Of a stretch of DNA of 64,000 nt, positions 23,206-36,668 are shown piece after piece. The notes beneath the pieces were generated by a model that searched no databases, was not told the origin of the DNA, and saw only the letters and a program-made list of their open reading frames with translations. The stretch is from NCBI GenBank assembly GCA_964187785.1, contig OZ076409.1, positions 94,614,001 through 94,678,000 of the forward strand, read 5' to 3'. Position 1 is the stretch's first letter. Every line of letters starts with the position of its first letter. Source of the DNA: Amphiscolops sp. MND2022 (Eukaryota). A program made the translations under genes and the position numbers.

Positions 23206-25989
23206 ATGAGGTGTCGAGTCTCAGACTAAAGTAATTACTTAAAGAGGAGAGACTAACGTGTCCCTACTTTGAGGTTTGTTCGGTACAAGGGGACTTCCCG
23301 AAAACTTCATACCAGTTTTTGGTTTTTTGAGCTTTTGCTAACAAAACCTCTTTTCCGAGTCCTAAGGGTGACCTTCCTTATAGATTTTTTCTTTGGTTCT
23401 GTGGAATAGATGAAAAACTTCTCAGCAATTGCGAAAACGACGTACGGTTTTCTCGGCACTATGTGAGTTTTTCAGAAAAAAATATATATTTTCAAAACGA
23501 AATAATTTTTGTTGTTTCCAGTTGTAGACAAAGTTGTTTTCGAGTACTATGTGTATCCCTTCGGGTACTATTTGTCACTGTAAGATTACTGTAAGATACT
23601 TTTTGAAGCTTGAGCCGACTTAGGCCGTTCCCAGCTTTTTTGGTACTTTGAGCCGCCGCGCCCCAGGTTGTAGTTGTGTGATCTACCAATTTGATGAGTT
23701 ATTTGTTTTCCCTAATAATTGGCACAAAAATTAAATAGGTTGTAAGTCTTCGGTGAAGATAAATAATTTTTTTGCTCAGAAACGACTGACAATTATGAAT
23801 GTGGGAATAAATACTGCTATGTAGGCAATGTATGCCTACTTAATTTTGCTCGGTATTTATGTCGGTTCGCTTGATGTAATTCAAAATACTTATTTCCCAT
23901 ACTTTTCCAGTTCCAGATAGCTCATTTACAAACAATGCCTTGCACTAACTCACGCAATTTCCTTTGTTCTCACTTTTTTTCAGTACTACGCAGAGTAAGC
24001 TATTAGAGACTCTATTACTCATACCTAATCAATAAAGGAACGGTCGCCTGAAAGTACTTTGCAAAATGCTAGAACAGGTGAACTGACTAAAACTCACGAG
24101 AGTAGAACAGTCCCTTGAAAAGAGAAAACATAAAATAGTAAATTAAATTTTATCCATGCGTGCGACAAACTGGTGCGACCAGTGAGGCACTTTCTTCAGT
24201 AAATAAGCAATTCAGTTGGAATCCCTACTCGTTGAAGTTAGGGTTAACTATTTACTTACTCTGATTCCGTTCTTTACCTTTTTTCTCTGTTTGCCTCAAT
24301 ATGTTAATTTGTTACCACGTTACCAGGGAAATCTCACAACTTCGAGACACTCATTTGCGAAAGAAGACGAAGCCCTCTTCCAAACTCGGGAATCACCTCC
24401 GCGGAAAACCGGTTTCTGACGCCCACCTCGCCTGGTCAACCGTCTACCTCCCAACCTCCTGACAATGAGACACCATTTTAAGCCACAATACAACAACTTC
24501 TTATTCCACGACGATACATTCTTATTCTTTGAAAATTCACCAAAACACAGTTCTGATGATGTCAACAACGTCAAACACTCATCTACGCCACGAGCCCCAG
24601 CTAACTCTATCGCCTACAATTCTGACAAAAGTAACTACGCGCAGTGGCATGGCAATCTTCAAATTAGACAAAATCGCCGTCACACATCTCAGAACGGCTG
24701 GGCTTGCACACCCTTTCCACCGACACTATTATCATTGGTCCACCACTGGACTTCTTGATTTACAGCCCCGAGAAATGGCACCCTTCAGAGTAGCCGTCAA
24801 AATTTACTGGAATGGATGTTACAAACAAAAGAACAATAAATGTCTTTCAATTTTCGCTGAAAATCAAGAACCCGACCACAAACCTTTGCTCACCCCCTTT
24901 ATTGTGAAGCTCTTTGTTCAAAAATTTCAAAATCAAAAATGGCGAGTTGATGCGTCGTAGCTTTAGGCTAACCCCCTCAGAAAATAGAATCGAGGGTGGA
25001 TTAGGAGATTTCCTGCCTCTAAAAACTTTCAATGCTGCATTGGATAAAAATAACACCGTCAGCTTCGGCCTTCTCATAAAAGGACTATTAGCCCAGCTCC
25101 ATAACAAGTACTTTTATACCCTCGATTGCCTTTGCTACTTTCTTCCTCTGGGCACCCCTCTGATAGCATTGTATTAAGTTGGCATCTTGGCTCCACCGCT
25201 CTTCTCGAAATACTTAGACTTAGTATACTATATCGACATAACAAAAGAAACACTTCTTGAGATACTCTCCACTGCCTGAAAAAAAGCCGCACTGATTCAT
25301 AGAGAAATTTACAGCTTCCGACAACACCAACAACAACATTGGCTCATCCTCGGTCAACACGATCACGCATTAACACTTTTCCTTCTCAACAAACTAATCG
25401 GCCTCCTTGACTTGACAAGAAGAAACAAACCTTCTCCCAGTTTACAATCAATCAGCGACAGTTACAGTTGAACCTTAACAAATAGCCGAAGTTAGTTTCT
25501 TTCACTTTTCTATTTAGGCACTTTTTAACAGTAGTGAGGTTACTACTATAAAATTTTAACCTCCGCTTAGTGTAGTACCAGCTAAGCTGCCGGTTTGATA
25601 TTACAGCTTGGCTTTTTACGGGCGCACAACGGATCCTCAACTCTACACAAAATGAAACGAAACTACAAAACTTATCACACTCTTAGGCATGTTTGAACAG
25701 TAGTGAGGTTACTTCTAAAAACTTTTCCCCTCCGCTTGATGCAGTGCCCACTAAGCTGCCGAATTGATATTACAGCTTGCCATTTTACGGCCATACCACG
25801 GATGCGCATTTCTCAACAAACTTTTAGCCTGTATGATAGAAAAAGACTGAAAAATTCCAAAAATTAAATCATTTTTCTACCATTTTTACGCGCCCATTTC
25901 GCGCCCGTTGTGACATCACAACGTTCAACGCCTAACCTCGCTAGCGTTGTTAAAAAACTGCAAGTCACTCATTTCCTCCGCTAAGAGAT

Positions 25990-26960
25990 GACCCAAAACA
26001 ACTCTACGCGTTGAAATAAGAAGAGAAATGCAATATGTCACCTCCAAATTAGGAAGTTAGCAGTGCAAGCGTATCAAAATGGACTGAACTCTTTCGCCTT
26101 TGCCGCACTATATACGCCACTATATGCAGTGTGAAACATTAGAGTGAAATTTGGCATTGTGGTTATCACAGCCACTCAACTTTGTCAATATTCCGCAACT
26201 GAACCGCTACGTTTCTCTGTCACCTGAAACAATGGGTAAAAGCAGACTTGCCGTATAATTGCCCATGGGACTCGCTCCAAGTCCCTGAACAATGATGGAA
26301 GACTTGCCTGGCTCTATCACTGTTTCACACAAAAGGAAAATCCAACTCACCGCTTCACACGATGAATCAATGCTTCGACTGCATCCCTATCTTCCACAAA
26401 GTAGTTTCTGTCGCGGAACCACTAACCCGCCAATCTTTTCGAAATACGAACGTGCAGAATTCACTGGTTGCATCAAGAACCTCTTCCAAGGAAAAACATG
26501 AAAGAATGAAATTCCTGGTTTACACTTATTCCGTCACCCGAAAATTGGGACCGACACGCATTCTTGGGACCGAAAGATATCCACTCAATCATCACTAGGT
26601 TCTCCCCTGGATCACAGTATACAAGAATGTACACGCCAAACAACTATTTGATATTTGGTCCAACATCCTCATTAGCGCAGCATCAATGAACGCCCTTCAG
26701 AAGTTTTCCAGCGAGCTCAGTGTACCCTCCATGGCTCACATCGAAAAAAAATAACATGGAAGATAAAAATGAGCAAGTAGAACTCCGAAACTTGGAAAAA
26801 CAGTCAAACTGCCCATCCGTGCAGAACTTCGGTACTCCAATCTAAACAATGTTTCACATTTATTCAAGTTTACTAATCGCAACCTATAATTCTACAAGCC
26901 AAACGTGGACGACGACACCGCTGATTCAATCTTAGAAGACTATATACAAGTTGATGAACA
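25990..26960 (+). pseudogene. Envelope glycoprotein remnant resembling chuvirus-like glycoproteins
   Basis: 26101-26184 reads CRTIYATICSVKH*SEIWHCGYHSHSTL, matching the C-x8-9-(Y/W)HCG-x-HSH motif; lies just before the PPT and 3' LTR; stops and frameshifts present. Confidence 0.55.
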
Positions 26961-28159
26961 ACTATGAATCTACCCAAACAACTTCACGCTCCCTCGCTTC
27001 ATTCGAGAAGATTTTATCCCCCCCCCCAGACGAAAAAACTTGCAAACCTCAGAGATGCCTTTCTAAACAATGACTCAGTCATACTACAATTACGATTTAA
27101 TTACCCTTTTCATCAAATTCCTCTTCCTACAACCCGTTCCCCAAACCCCCTCATTTTTGACCCAATCACTAAATTCTCTATTTTTTAACCTTCCCAGGGG
27201 GTGAGCTGTCGCGCTATGACTAACGCTTAATCAATAATATAAAAGCAACTGCACCAAAAAAGCGCTTAACAAAAAACACCTGATTTAATGAAAAGCTCAA
27301 CAATCACCCCAGCGCTACGGTGCCATTAGTATTCAAACAACACCTGCATAAGTACAAAGCATAGCAATCTTCTTTGTTCCACTTCGCAGTTTATGGTTGA
27401 AAAACACCTGAACTAATAAAGTACTCAACAATCACCCCCGGACTAAAGTGCAGTTTATATTCAAAAAACACCTGCAAAAACAAAGCAGGAAATTTAACTA
27501 ACCTGGAGAAGGAGGAAGATGAAGACAAATAATTATTTAATTATTGAGGTAGAGCGGCAGCTGAAGCTCAGAAAAAGGCCGCAGAATAATGGGGTAATGA
27601 AAGTTACTACTACCGCGGGATTGCAAAAATGATTTTTTTTTATCGCGGTGATTTGAAATCTAGAGCCAAGCGCTGATTGGCGGAATACAAAACAGGCCAC
27701 CCAGGCACTTCAGCAGAAGTGCTGAACTGTTTTTATACCCGGCGCACAGGCTGGAGCTTCATTCTTCCCACCGAACAGCTGAGCTCAACTTAAACAGCTC
27801 TTTCCGCCTTCCTCTCTCTTCCTCCAATTCTCTTATTATTACTCTCCCTTTTTTCTCCCTCGACTCTTATTTCCCCCTTTCTCTCTTGCTTGTCTTCGCA
27901 TTATTTTGTTATTGCTTATCTTAGACATAAGAAGTCTATCTTCTTATTTTCCCCCTTTCCTTTCTTTCTTTGCTATCTTAGGCAAATTTCATTTGCTCCC
28001 AAATTCAGCTCCCAATCCAACTCATTCCCTTCTCTCAAGCACAACTTATATTAGAAGATTCTCTTAAAACCCTCCCCGGTCCCCGCTTTGGTGAGTGAAA
28101 AATAAGTTAGTCTTTCTTTTGGTGGAGATTTCTAATTCTCACTTTCTCTAACTAAATTT

Positions 28160-28450
28160 CGATCTTAGAATAATTCCGCTGTTTTTACTCAGCGGTTCTA
28201 TAGAATTCTATCTTAGAATAATTGCACTGATTCTACTCAGTGGTTGATAAAATTCTAACTTAGAATATTTTCCGCAGATTTCAGTCCGCGGCAATCTTAA
28301 ATTTTAACTTAGAATATGTGCCTCAGATTTCAGCCCGCGGTTATCTTAAATTTTAACTTAGAATACTTTCCGCAGATTTCAGTCCGCGGTAATCCTAAAT
28401 TTTAACTTAGAATGTTTTTCGCAGATTTCAGTCTGCAGTTCCAACTTAGA
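28160..28450. repeat. ~50-bp tandem repeats inside the 1.9-kb LTR
   Basis: Recurrent ttttaacttagaata..ccgcagatttcagtccgcgg. Confidence 0.8.
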
Positions 28451-31400
28451 AAATTTTCTATCAGACTAATGCTGAATTTATGGGATTGAAGTTACATATA
28501 TTCATCCTAACAAATAAACCGACTCTGTCTTATACCTTTATTTACCCAAACGTCTTGATGCTATTCACTTTAAAATTGAACAGAGACACAAAAAACCGAC
28601 ACTTCCGTTTAAAAAGTACGGATTTGTAAACTGTGTATTCTGATAAATCTTCTGAACTGAAAAGAAAGTTCATTTATTTCATTGATGCTAAATTTCCCTA
28701 ATAAGTAGCACTAAATTTAAATAAGTGAAGTTATATTACTTCGGTGAAGATAAATAATTCTTTTGCTCAGAAGCGACTGACAAATATGAATGTGGGAATA
28801 AATCCTGCTATGCCTTTAAAATTTTCCTCTGTTTTTATGGCGATTCGCTTGTTGTAATTCAAAATATTTATTTCCCATACTTTTCCCCTTGCAGATAGCT
28901 CATTTACATACACTGCCTTGCACTTACTCAGCCAATTTCCTTTGTTCGCACGTCTTTTCTGTACTACGCAGAGTAGGCTATTAGAGACTCTCTTACTCAT
29001 ACCTAATCAATAAAGCAACGGTCGCCTGAAAGTACTTTGCAAAATGCTAGAACAGGTGAACTAATACTCACAAGAGTAGAACGGTCGTTTGGAAAACAGA
29101 AAACAGAAAAAAGTTAATTAAAATTTACCCATGCGGGCGACAGAACTGTCGGCCTGTCCCAGAGTTATAAGCATTAAAGATTTTGTTAACATCGGCTGAG
29201 GAACAAACCCACAAAATCAAAACTATTTGGTAGCTATGACAAAAGTTACAAGTTTAGAGTTAAAAACGGACTTTTCCAAAATTGTAGACGATTAGTTTTT
29301 TTCGAAAACGGCATCAGTCGGCACCACGCCTACTACTCAAAATGCAAGTACTCAAACACTTGCAAAATACAAAGTACTACAAACATTTATGGAAATGTTT
29401 CTGAGAAAGTCCCGAAATCTTAAAGTATCAGAAAATTGGAAAAAGTCGAATCGAATGGGTTGAAGGAATTATTGTTTGAAAATATTTGAAAAGTTGAAGA
29501 GGAGCTGCCTTGTGGAATAAAAGCCATATAGTTGCACAACGGCGAGAAAAAGCATCTTCCAGCTTTGTGATGCGAGGAAAATGTCCAAAAACGAAACCGG
29601 GACCCCGTGAAAGCCTTTGATTCTATTAAGACTTCACGCGTATTGTAGAAACTTTGTATCATCGTTTCGGTCACTTCGCCGAAAAACAAAACTTCGAAGA
29701 ACAGGTTTTATAACCGTGTTCTAATTGATATTGCGCCGACTAAAAACGCCAATTTAAAACCAAAATAAACGCGTTCAATATCAGCCAATTCTTCAAATTT
29801 GTCGTCCTGTATTAAGTCACGACTGGATGAAAAAGGCAACAAACTTGTTAATTGAAACGTAGGTGTAGACCTAGTTTGTGGAAGAAAAATTAACGTTCTA
29901 AAGTAACACTCCATGACCTAGTTGATACTGCTTGAACTATTCAGATAAACCAACGGTGCAAGCCGGGTAATTGTTCCTAGAAACCTAGAAACTTCAGCAA
30001 GGTACCAGCGGTAAACTATGTAGAACTACATTGTGTTTTCCACTACTGCAATTAGGTTTGAAAAAAACCACTTCATTACCGACACGATCCCTTTGTATTT
30101 ACACCTTGTTTCTCCACTAGTCATCTGATGTGATCACCGCTTCTCAAAGACGACAAGGAACCTGACTCTACACTGCACTTTAAACACGTGGCTGACTATT
30201 TTGCATTGAATTGGTGGTAAAACCGATAGCAACAAGGTGGCATTCCAAAGCAAAGATGTTTCTTAGTGAAACCAGCGAAACGCAAAGGCTTAAAATTGCC
30301 ACCAAAATTTTCATGCGTTCTTCAAAAGCTTGATGAAAGTCGAACACAACAGGGAAATATTTGTGAAACATGAAATTTTCTGTAAGTGTTTTCAGAAACT
30401 CATAATAAACGCATCAAACGCATTTGAAACTACTGGTTCAGCATATGTCAATTGATCTAGTGATTTAAAAAAATTGTAAATTAATAATTATGTATAACTT
30501 TTGTTCGTGAATATTTATGCATTATTGGGCTTTGTACAAGAATTGCAGATTTTGCAAATTTGTCACATTGTTGAACACTTTTCAGATATATTGTTTCATA
30601 TATTGATTTGTAACAATGTTAGGCAACTCGAATTCTAATCATGATTTTTTGAAACTGAATCTCGACTCACCAAAGTTTCAAAAACTGTATCTATTTAATC
30701 GAAACGTTTTCTCTGCTCGATGAAAAAAAAACGAAACTGATCTCTTTGTCTAGATACGGATAAATATGGCCAGGTGATGTCTATTCACAAAAAGGTGTAA
30801 AACTGGCTGATGACCGTCTGGTAAACAGTCAATCACATGGAACACGTGACTGATGGCTGATTTGAAATACGGTAAACGCAATATAACAACCGGCACTTTT
30901 TGAACCAAAAAGCTCAAAAAAAGCAGAAGAATTGAGAAGTTGAAAAAACGGAGTGAACAAGAGACATCAAATTAACTCTTATTTTTTCAATGGTCCTTTC
31001 GCTCTTTTTCTTCCTCTCAATCTCTCTCCTTCTCTCTATTTTTTTTGGTGGCGCCACCATTAGCAGAACGACGCAGAGCTTTTCTATAAAAGCAAGTAAT
31101 CAACCGTGAAAATAAATGATTTCCTTTGCTTTGAATGAATTCTTTGCCCTATCAACTTTTCCGAAAGAGAATATCTAAGCAGTTGATTTTGGTCCGTTTG
31201 TAGAAGACTCGCTCTCTTTTCACGGTTAGCCTGAGACAAACCGTTGCGAGGAAAGTACTAGGACACTATAAACAGTCCCAAGCGTAAGCAACACTGTGGT
31301 TTGTTCTGATTCTTTTGTACAACATTAATGACCGACTAGCATTGTGTCGTTACATTGAGCTACCGTTTAAACATTTGCAAAGGCTGTGGTGAAAAAGCAA

Positions 31401-32575
31401 CTCAATTGTTTTAGGGTTCGAGAAAGGCAATGACGACCTCCAATAGGTTAAATCTGCTGATAGGAAAATCAATCTGGTCCGGACGAACACATATCAAGTG
31501 AAAGCCCGCTCAAATTTTTTCAGAGACTGGTGGAGAGAATTAAAGCAGAGTGGCAATCCTGGAAGCTATGTAGTATACCGAGGTGGTATTCTTCGTGCCC
31601 TAGTGTGCCTGTTAGTGATCTGGGACCCGCGCACTTAAAACCTCAGGACTAGAGTGACTCCCGAGGTCGCTTCGACTGAAGCTTCTTAGCAGTCCCATGA
31701 GCAAAGTTGGTACAAAGCCCTGTAGACTGATTGCACGTTCCATAGGCTTTCTTAGAGTAACTTCACTGGATTAGTTCACCAGGAACGACTCACAAAGGGA
31801 TTTTTGAGTGAGATCGTACCAATGGGATCGTACTTGGGGAACGTAGCACTCCTCGGTTGATAGGTGTGAGTTCTACAATTGGTAATAAAGATATAGTATT
31901 ATTTCTAAAAAAAAAGCAGGAAAAGGTGAGGGAACTCAGTTTGTTTCGGCTTATAAAATATTGGAAAACTTTTCAAAACAAGGCAATTGTTTTTTTCTTT
32001 TTCACAAAGATTGCTTCTTTGTAAAAATAATACTATTTACTGTATTTTGGACTCTGCAAAATTTTTAAGCAAAATTTTGATGGTGTTGGCAAGTCCATAC
32101 CGCAAAAAGTTTTAACTTTTTGCCAAGAGGCGATCATCGCGAAAGAAAATAAAAACAAATGTAAATGGAACTTGCGTGATTCATGTTTCAAATTCTGTCG
32201 AGTCATTTTTGGGCAGTTGTTAAAACAAAGTCAATTTCAAGGTAGAGAAGTCTTTGAATAGTTGTATGAAAGTATGAACAGAATGATTGAGTGCATACAC
32301 ATACTGAGAACACTTGTACTTTGAGTATTACTGAATGCCCAAGTAAAGAGTTTGAACCTGGAATGCGCGTGTTAGACTGACAACCAACGAACCAAGAATC
32401 AAACAACAGTGTCAAAAACCTGACTCGCATTATCTGATTGGTTGAAAAGTGTTCATTCAAAGCCACTGAGTAACAATATTGAATAACAACGACTCAAAAT
32501 CGTTCTTGACAGTATGATGGTGAGTCGTTTCAACTGTCAGTCGGCGTTACGCATCACATCGGTTGAACCTGTAGG

Positions 32576-33071
32576 CAGGGTTACCGAAAATAATATTTTG
32601 ATAAAATTTTAGACAAAATACAATTTTTTTATTTCTATTCTCAAAAATAAATTATTGCAAAACGTTTCTCTCAGAAAAAAATTATTGCAATAATTTCAAT
32701 AATTTCACAATATGTTTTCACAATTATATAAGCTTTGAAACAGTTTCTGCAGACCACAGCTCCCTGTTGTAATGGAGATATTGAATATCCTCCACATGTA
32801 TGTCGCAAATGAGTTTGTGTCGACCGACTACGACTGAAGCCGAGTTCGCAGATATAGATAACGAGCACTTGAAACCATACCGTATATAATGCGACGCAAT
32901 TCTATTGGCTGACGACGCAATTCGTTATTGCAGAAATTATTTTGGTGATTATATAAATAATCTGTATTTTGAGATTCGAAAATAAATTTTTATTCCATCA
33001 TCTGAAAATTAAATTATTTCTATTGATTTATTGCAGTAATTTTCGTTGAAATACTTTTTTCGGTAACCCTG
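32576..33071. mobile_element. hAT-type MITE (TIR CAGGGTTACCGAAAA, 8-bp TSD CCTGTAGG)
   Basis: Perfect 15-bp TIRs; TSD at 32568-32575 and 33072-33079. Confidence 0.9.
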
Positions 33072-33423
33072 CCTGTAGGTTCAACCTATATCATAATCAC
33101 CGAACACAATTGCCCCAAGATTCGAAGATTCGCAAATAATTCTAACTTATTACGTTAACCTCCTACCTCATTGAACGTAGTTTGAAAGAAAGTCTATTTA
33201 TATCAATCTTTCAATTTGTCAATTAAAAGAAAAAAGTAATTTCATTAATTAAAACTGTTATCAAAATTTTTCAAATTGAAAGGCGAAAACTTTTCATTTC
33301 TGAAACAATGTTTTAATCCACACTAAACTTTACCATGAACAAAGAAGGTTTTCATGGTCAATATAAGCACGATTGTTTTTGTTTCCTCTTCGGTCAAACC
33401 AATTGACCTCAAATTTTGTGAGG

Positions 33424-33582
33424 TCAGTCCTTGAGGACGAAGTTGTTGACTAAAGACAGGAAGATCTGGAACGCGGAGAATCCAGTTGCGATCCAGAGCA
33501 CGATGAGATCAGTGGCCATTTTCTTGCCGTCGGTGAGAAAGGTGATTGTTCCCAGGGCACAGGTCAGTAGACAGAACACAAA
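33424..33582 (-). CDS. Exon 3 (terminal) of a claudin/PMP22-like tetraspan gene
   Basis: Polypyrimidine tract plus AAG| acceptor, phase 0; FVFCLLTCALGTITF...DLIVLWIATGFSAFQIFLSLVNNFVLKD*; an alternative in-frame CAG acceptor would start the exon at 33618. Confidence 0.7.
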   Translation of the reverse strand, partial: FVFCLLTCALGTITFLTDGKKMATDLIVLWIATGFSAFQIFLSLVNNFVLKD

Positions 33583-35004
33583 CTTTGAAAAGAAAACACA
33601 GAAAATCAAATTTGAAATCTGAATGCCCTCGTACCCTCCTAATAGCTGACCTTTTTACCCCTAGTTGAAACTGCAGGAACTTTTTACATGCTGCAGGCCT
33701 GCATGCAGGGTAATTTGATAAAAACCTAGAAAATTCAATGAACTTCGGATGGTAAATCATGAAGAATTACACTGCATTTTTCACTAATGCAATCAAATTT
33801 GAAAATAAATTCCACTTCATTACCGACACGATCACTCTGTATTATCACTGTAGCACGGTAAACATGACGCTACTTTGCAGTTTATTACACGACTGAAGTT
33901 ATTTTGCATTGAATAAGCTGTAAAAGTGATAGTAACTTATTTGCTTTTAAAATTATAGTTGTTGCTTGAAATGAAACCTGCAAAACCTCAAGGCTTGAAA
34001 GTGCAGTCAAAACTTTGATGAATCTTTCAAGCAGCTCGGTAAACGTTAATTACAACAGCGATATATGAATGTTCCGATGAATGTTTCCGTAAGAGTTTTA
34101 GAAATTGCTGGCAACATTAAAGTACATGCAAAGCATTCAAGCAGCTTTAACATGGGAAGCACTGCTATCGAAAAAAACTTCAATATCAGCACGATACCTT
34201 TTCGAAGGAATATGCAAAGACAAGCTTGTTGTTGACTACATAGTTTGCGGTTTAATTTGATAGCGTGATAGTTTACACAAATCTATTGGCATCAATTTTT
34301 ATCCCTTTGAACAATTATAAGTTGGGCGAAGGAAATTTTGTAAGGAACTCCTCTTTAGAACAGTCCGACTGTATTGCGCTAGCATCAATTTTTTTCATAT
34401 TCCATCGAGGTGTATATGTTCCCATGCCATTGACATCTAGCACTATGAAATAATGAGGTGCTTCTAACCTACGCTGCCTGAAAAGCTTTAAGTGATTGTA
34501 GAGATTATTTAATTGCAGTTATTTCTATATTCTGATCGATCATCAGACTGTTGTATTTCAGTTTTCTTTTCTTAAAAATTAATTTCACCTTTTTTGGAGT
34601 TTGCATACAATTTTTGGCTAAAGCAATATCCAATTTTTGGAAAAAGAAGCAATTGTGTATCACTGAAAACTGCTGCCTCGTTTTTGTGTTTGAAAGATTT
34701 TACAGCTATATTTTTAGGCTACAATTTTACTTGAAACAGTGTTTGATGAACATCTATGATGACTATTTCCGGATCAATATTAATTGTTTTTCACTTTTAA
34801 ATTGCAAGGACTTTTGATCTGAAAGTCTTACTGCGTTCATAATCCTATAATTGAACACTTTCTTTGATCGATAAAAAGTTTAATGTATAAATTCTTCCAT
34901 AACAATCTTCCATACTTCCTATTTATTCCTGGATTTGGGGAACACTATTGAACAATCCCCAACATGGCGAGCCTTGGGAATGGACCAGAGTAAATTGTGC
35001 TCAC

Positions 35005-35225
35005 TTGTAAAACGCTGAAAAGGAGGATCAAATTTCGGGGCATTTTGCCACTGAGTTTTCCTGCCAGAGTGAGTACGTACAAAGTAGTGAGGGTAGCTCC
35101 GCACACGTTCGTTAGGAGGTGAAAGATGACTATGAACACTATTTCTGCCCTATTGAATTCCTTGTAATACTCACAATCCTCTCCCACCCCATTCCAGTGC
35201 GAATTATTGAACACTCTACCATAGT
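35005..35225 (-). CDS. Exon 2 of the claudin/PMP22-like gene
   Basis: ttgtttAG| phase-1 acceptor; (D)YGRVFNNSHWNGVGEDCEYYKEF followed by hydrophobic helices; phase-0 donor |GTGAGC. Confidence 0.72.
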
Positions 35226-35251
35226 CTAAACAAGAAACAATCATTTTGTGA

Positions 35252-35729
35252 AAACGAGCCGGGAACGGCATACGTTGGCGCAATATCTAAGGCTCAAAAA
35301 TAGCAAAAGGACTTCAAAGTGTCAATTATTCTCCTTTTCAGTGCCCCGAAAACCCAAAAGTTTGACCGAATTGGCGCGCCGGGGACCCTGGCGAGCTACA
35401 GGGGGGACCCTTCCGGTTTTTTTAACATCCAATGTTGCAAAACATCAAAAAAATGAAGTGAAGGACACTGTGGAGACAATAAAAATTTTTAGAAAAAAAG
35501 TCTCACAATGCCGAAACAAACTGAAATGGGGACAATTTAGTCTCGCCCGGTATTGTATGTTAACTTGAAAAAAGGAACAACTTTTATAGTTCAGTTCCCT
35601 GGGACAAATGGTACAATTTGACACCTTAAAATTTCGTAGAGCTTTGTAGAACTATTTTGGTCAGTTCGTGTGGATTGAAAAAAGTCACTAGTATAGCCAC
35701 GTTTCACTTCGTGAAGCGCCGACTATAAA
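35252..35729 (+). mobile_element. HINE-like family copy
   Basis: aaacgagccgggaacggc...atatctaaggctcaaaa 5' end; ...gaagcgccgactataaa 3' end. Confidence 0.65.
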
Positions 35730-36216
35730 CCTCTAAACATTGAGAAACATGTCAGCACGAGAGAACATACTTTTAGCTTTTTTTCATGAGCAACTAAAAC
35801 AACAGAGCGTTCAGCACGATATTTCACGCCCTGGACTATTTTACGACATGATATCACAAAACTGTCCAAAAATTGCAGGAAAAATATGTTAGCGGGCACC
35901 TAATTTTGAAAAAAAAGTTCCGACTTTTCCATTGATTTATGTATCATGGAGCTACTTTTTTGAGTATCTTTTAAAATTAGAAATTGTATATAATTGTGAG
36001 AAAAAACGCAACTCATGATGTCATGTAACCGCTATCCCATATGCTTAAAAAAGAGATATGATTTGAATAAAATCTTACCAGAAATAAGAATAAAACCAAA
36101 AAAAAACATGCAAAAACATGAATACCGTTTCGTAGTTTTCAACTGTAGTTTTTTATCCCATATATATACTGAAATATTTCAATGAGAGTTTTTGTTTCTT
36201 CCGAATGTAGTACGGA

Positions 36217-36668
36217 CAGGGGTGTTCAATAAATAATTTAGGGTAAGAATAATTATAATAAATAAAATAATTTATTTTTTCACTCAAGGGAATAAAAATA
36301 ATTATTCTTGGACCTGTTAAAATAAGAATAATTATTCTTGAGATAACAAACTAAAAGCGTTTAATTCAACATATCGTCAGCCAATTAAATTCGGAAATAC
36401 AGAAATCTTGAGCTAGTTTCTAGAAATACCTTTGTTAAGTACTTTGACTCAAAAGGTCGAAGAGTCCATTAAAAAAAAGCCCTGTCGTCGCGTTTTGGCC
36501 TGATTGTGGATGGCTAATTCAAGTTTTTGTTGATATCCGTTTTTCGCTGAGAATAAAAATAATTATTTTAGCAAAAAAAAAGAAAACTATTTATTTTTTC
36601 CACCCTGAAAATGAAATAATTTATTTTCAAGCAATCATAATATTAGAATAAAATATTGAACACCCCTG
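36217..36668. mobile_element. hAT-type MITE (TIR CAGGGGTGTTCAATA, 8-bp TSD AGTACGGA/AGTAGGGA)
   Basis: Perfect 15-bp TIR; TSD with one mismatch; AT-rich subterminal repeats. Confidence 0.85.

Larger units (their letters stand above)
23690..29142 (+). mobile_element. Old, decayed LTR retrotransposon with an env-like remnant
   Basis: 5'-truncated LTR about 23690-24167 ending GCGACA, followed by PBS TGGTGCGACCAGTGAGG; complete 3' LTR 27207-29142 (TGTCGC...GCGACA) after the G-rich PPT-like tract CAGGGGGTGAGC; the shared ~450 bp are clearly diverged. Confidence 0.8.
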
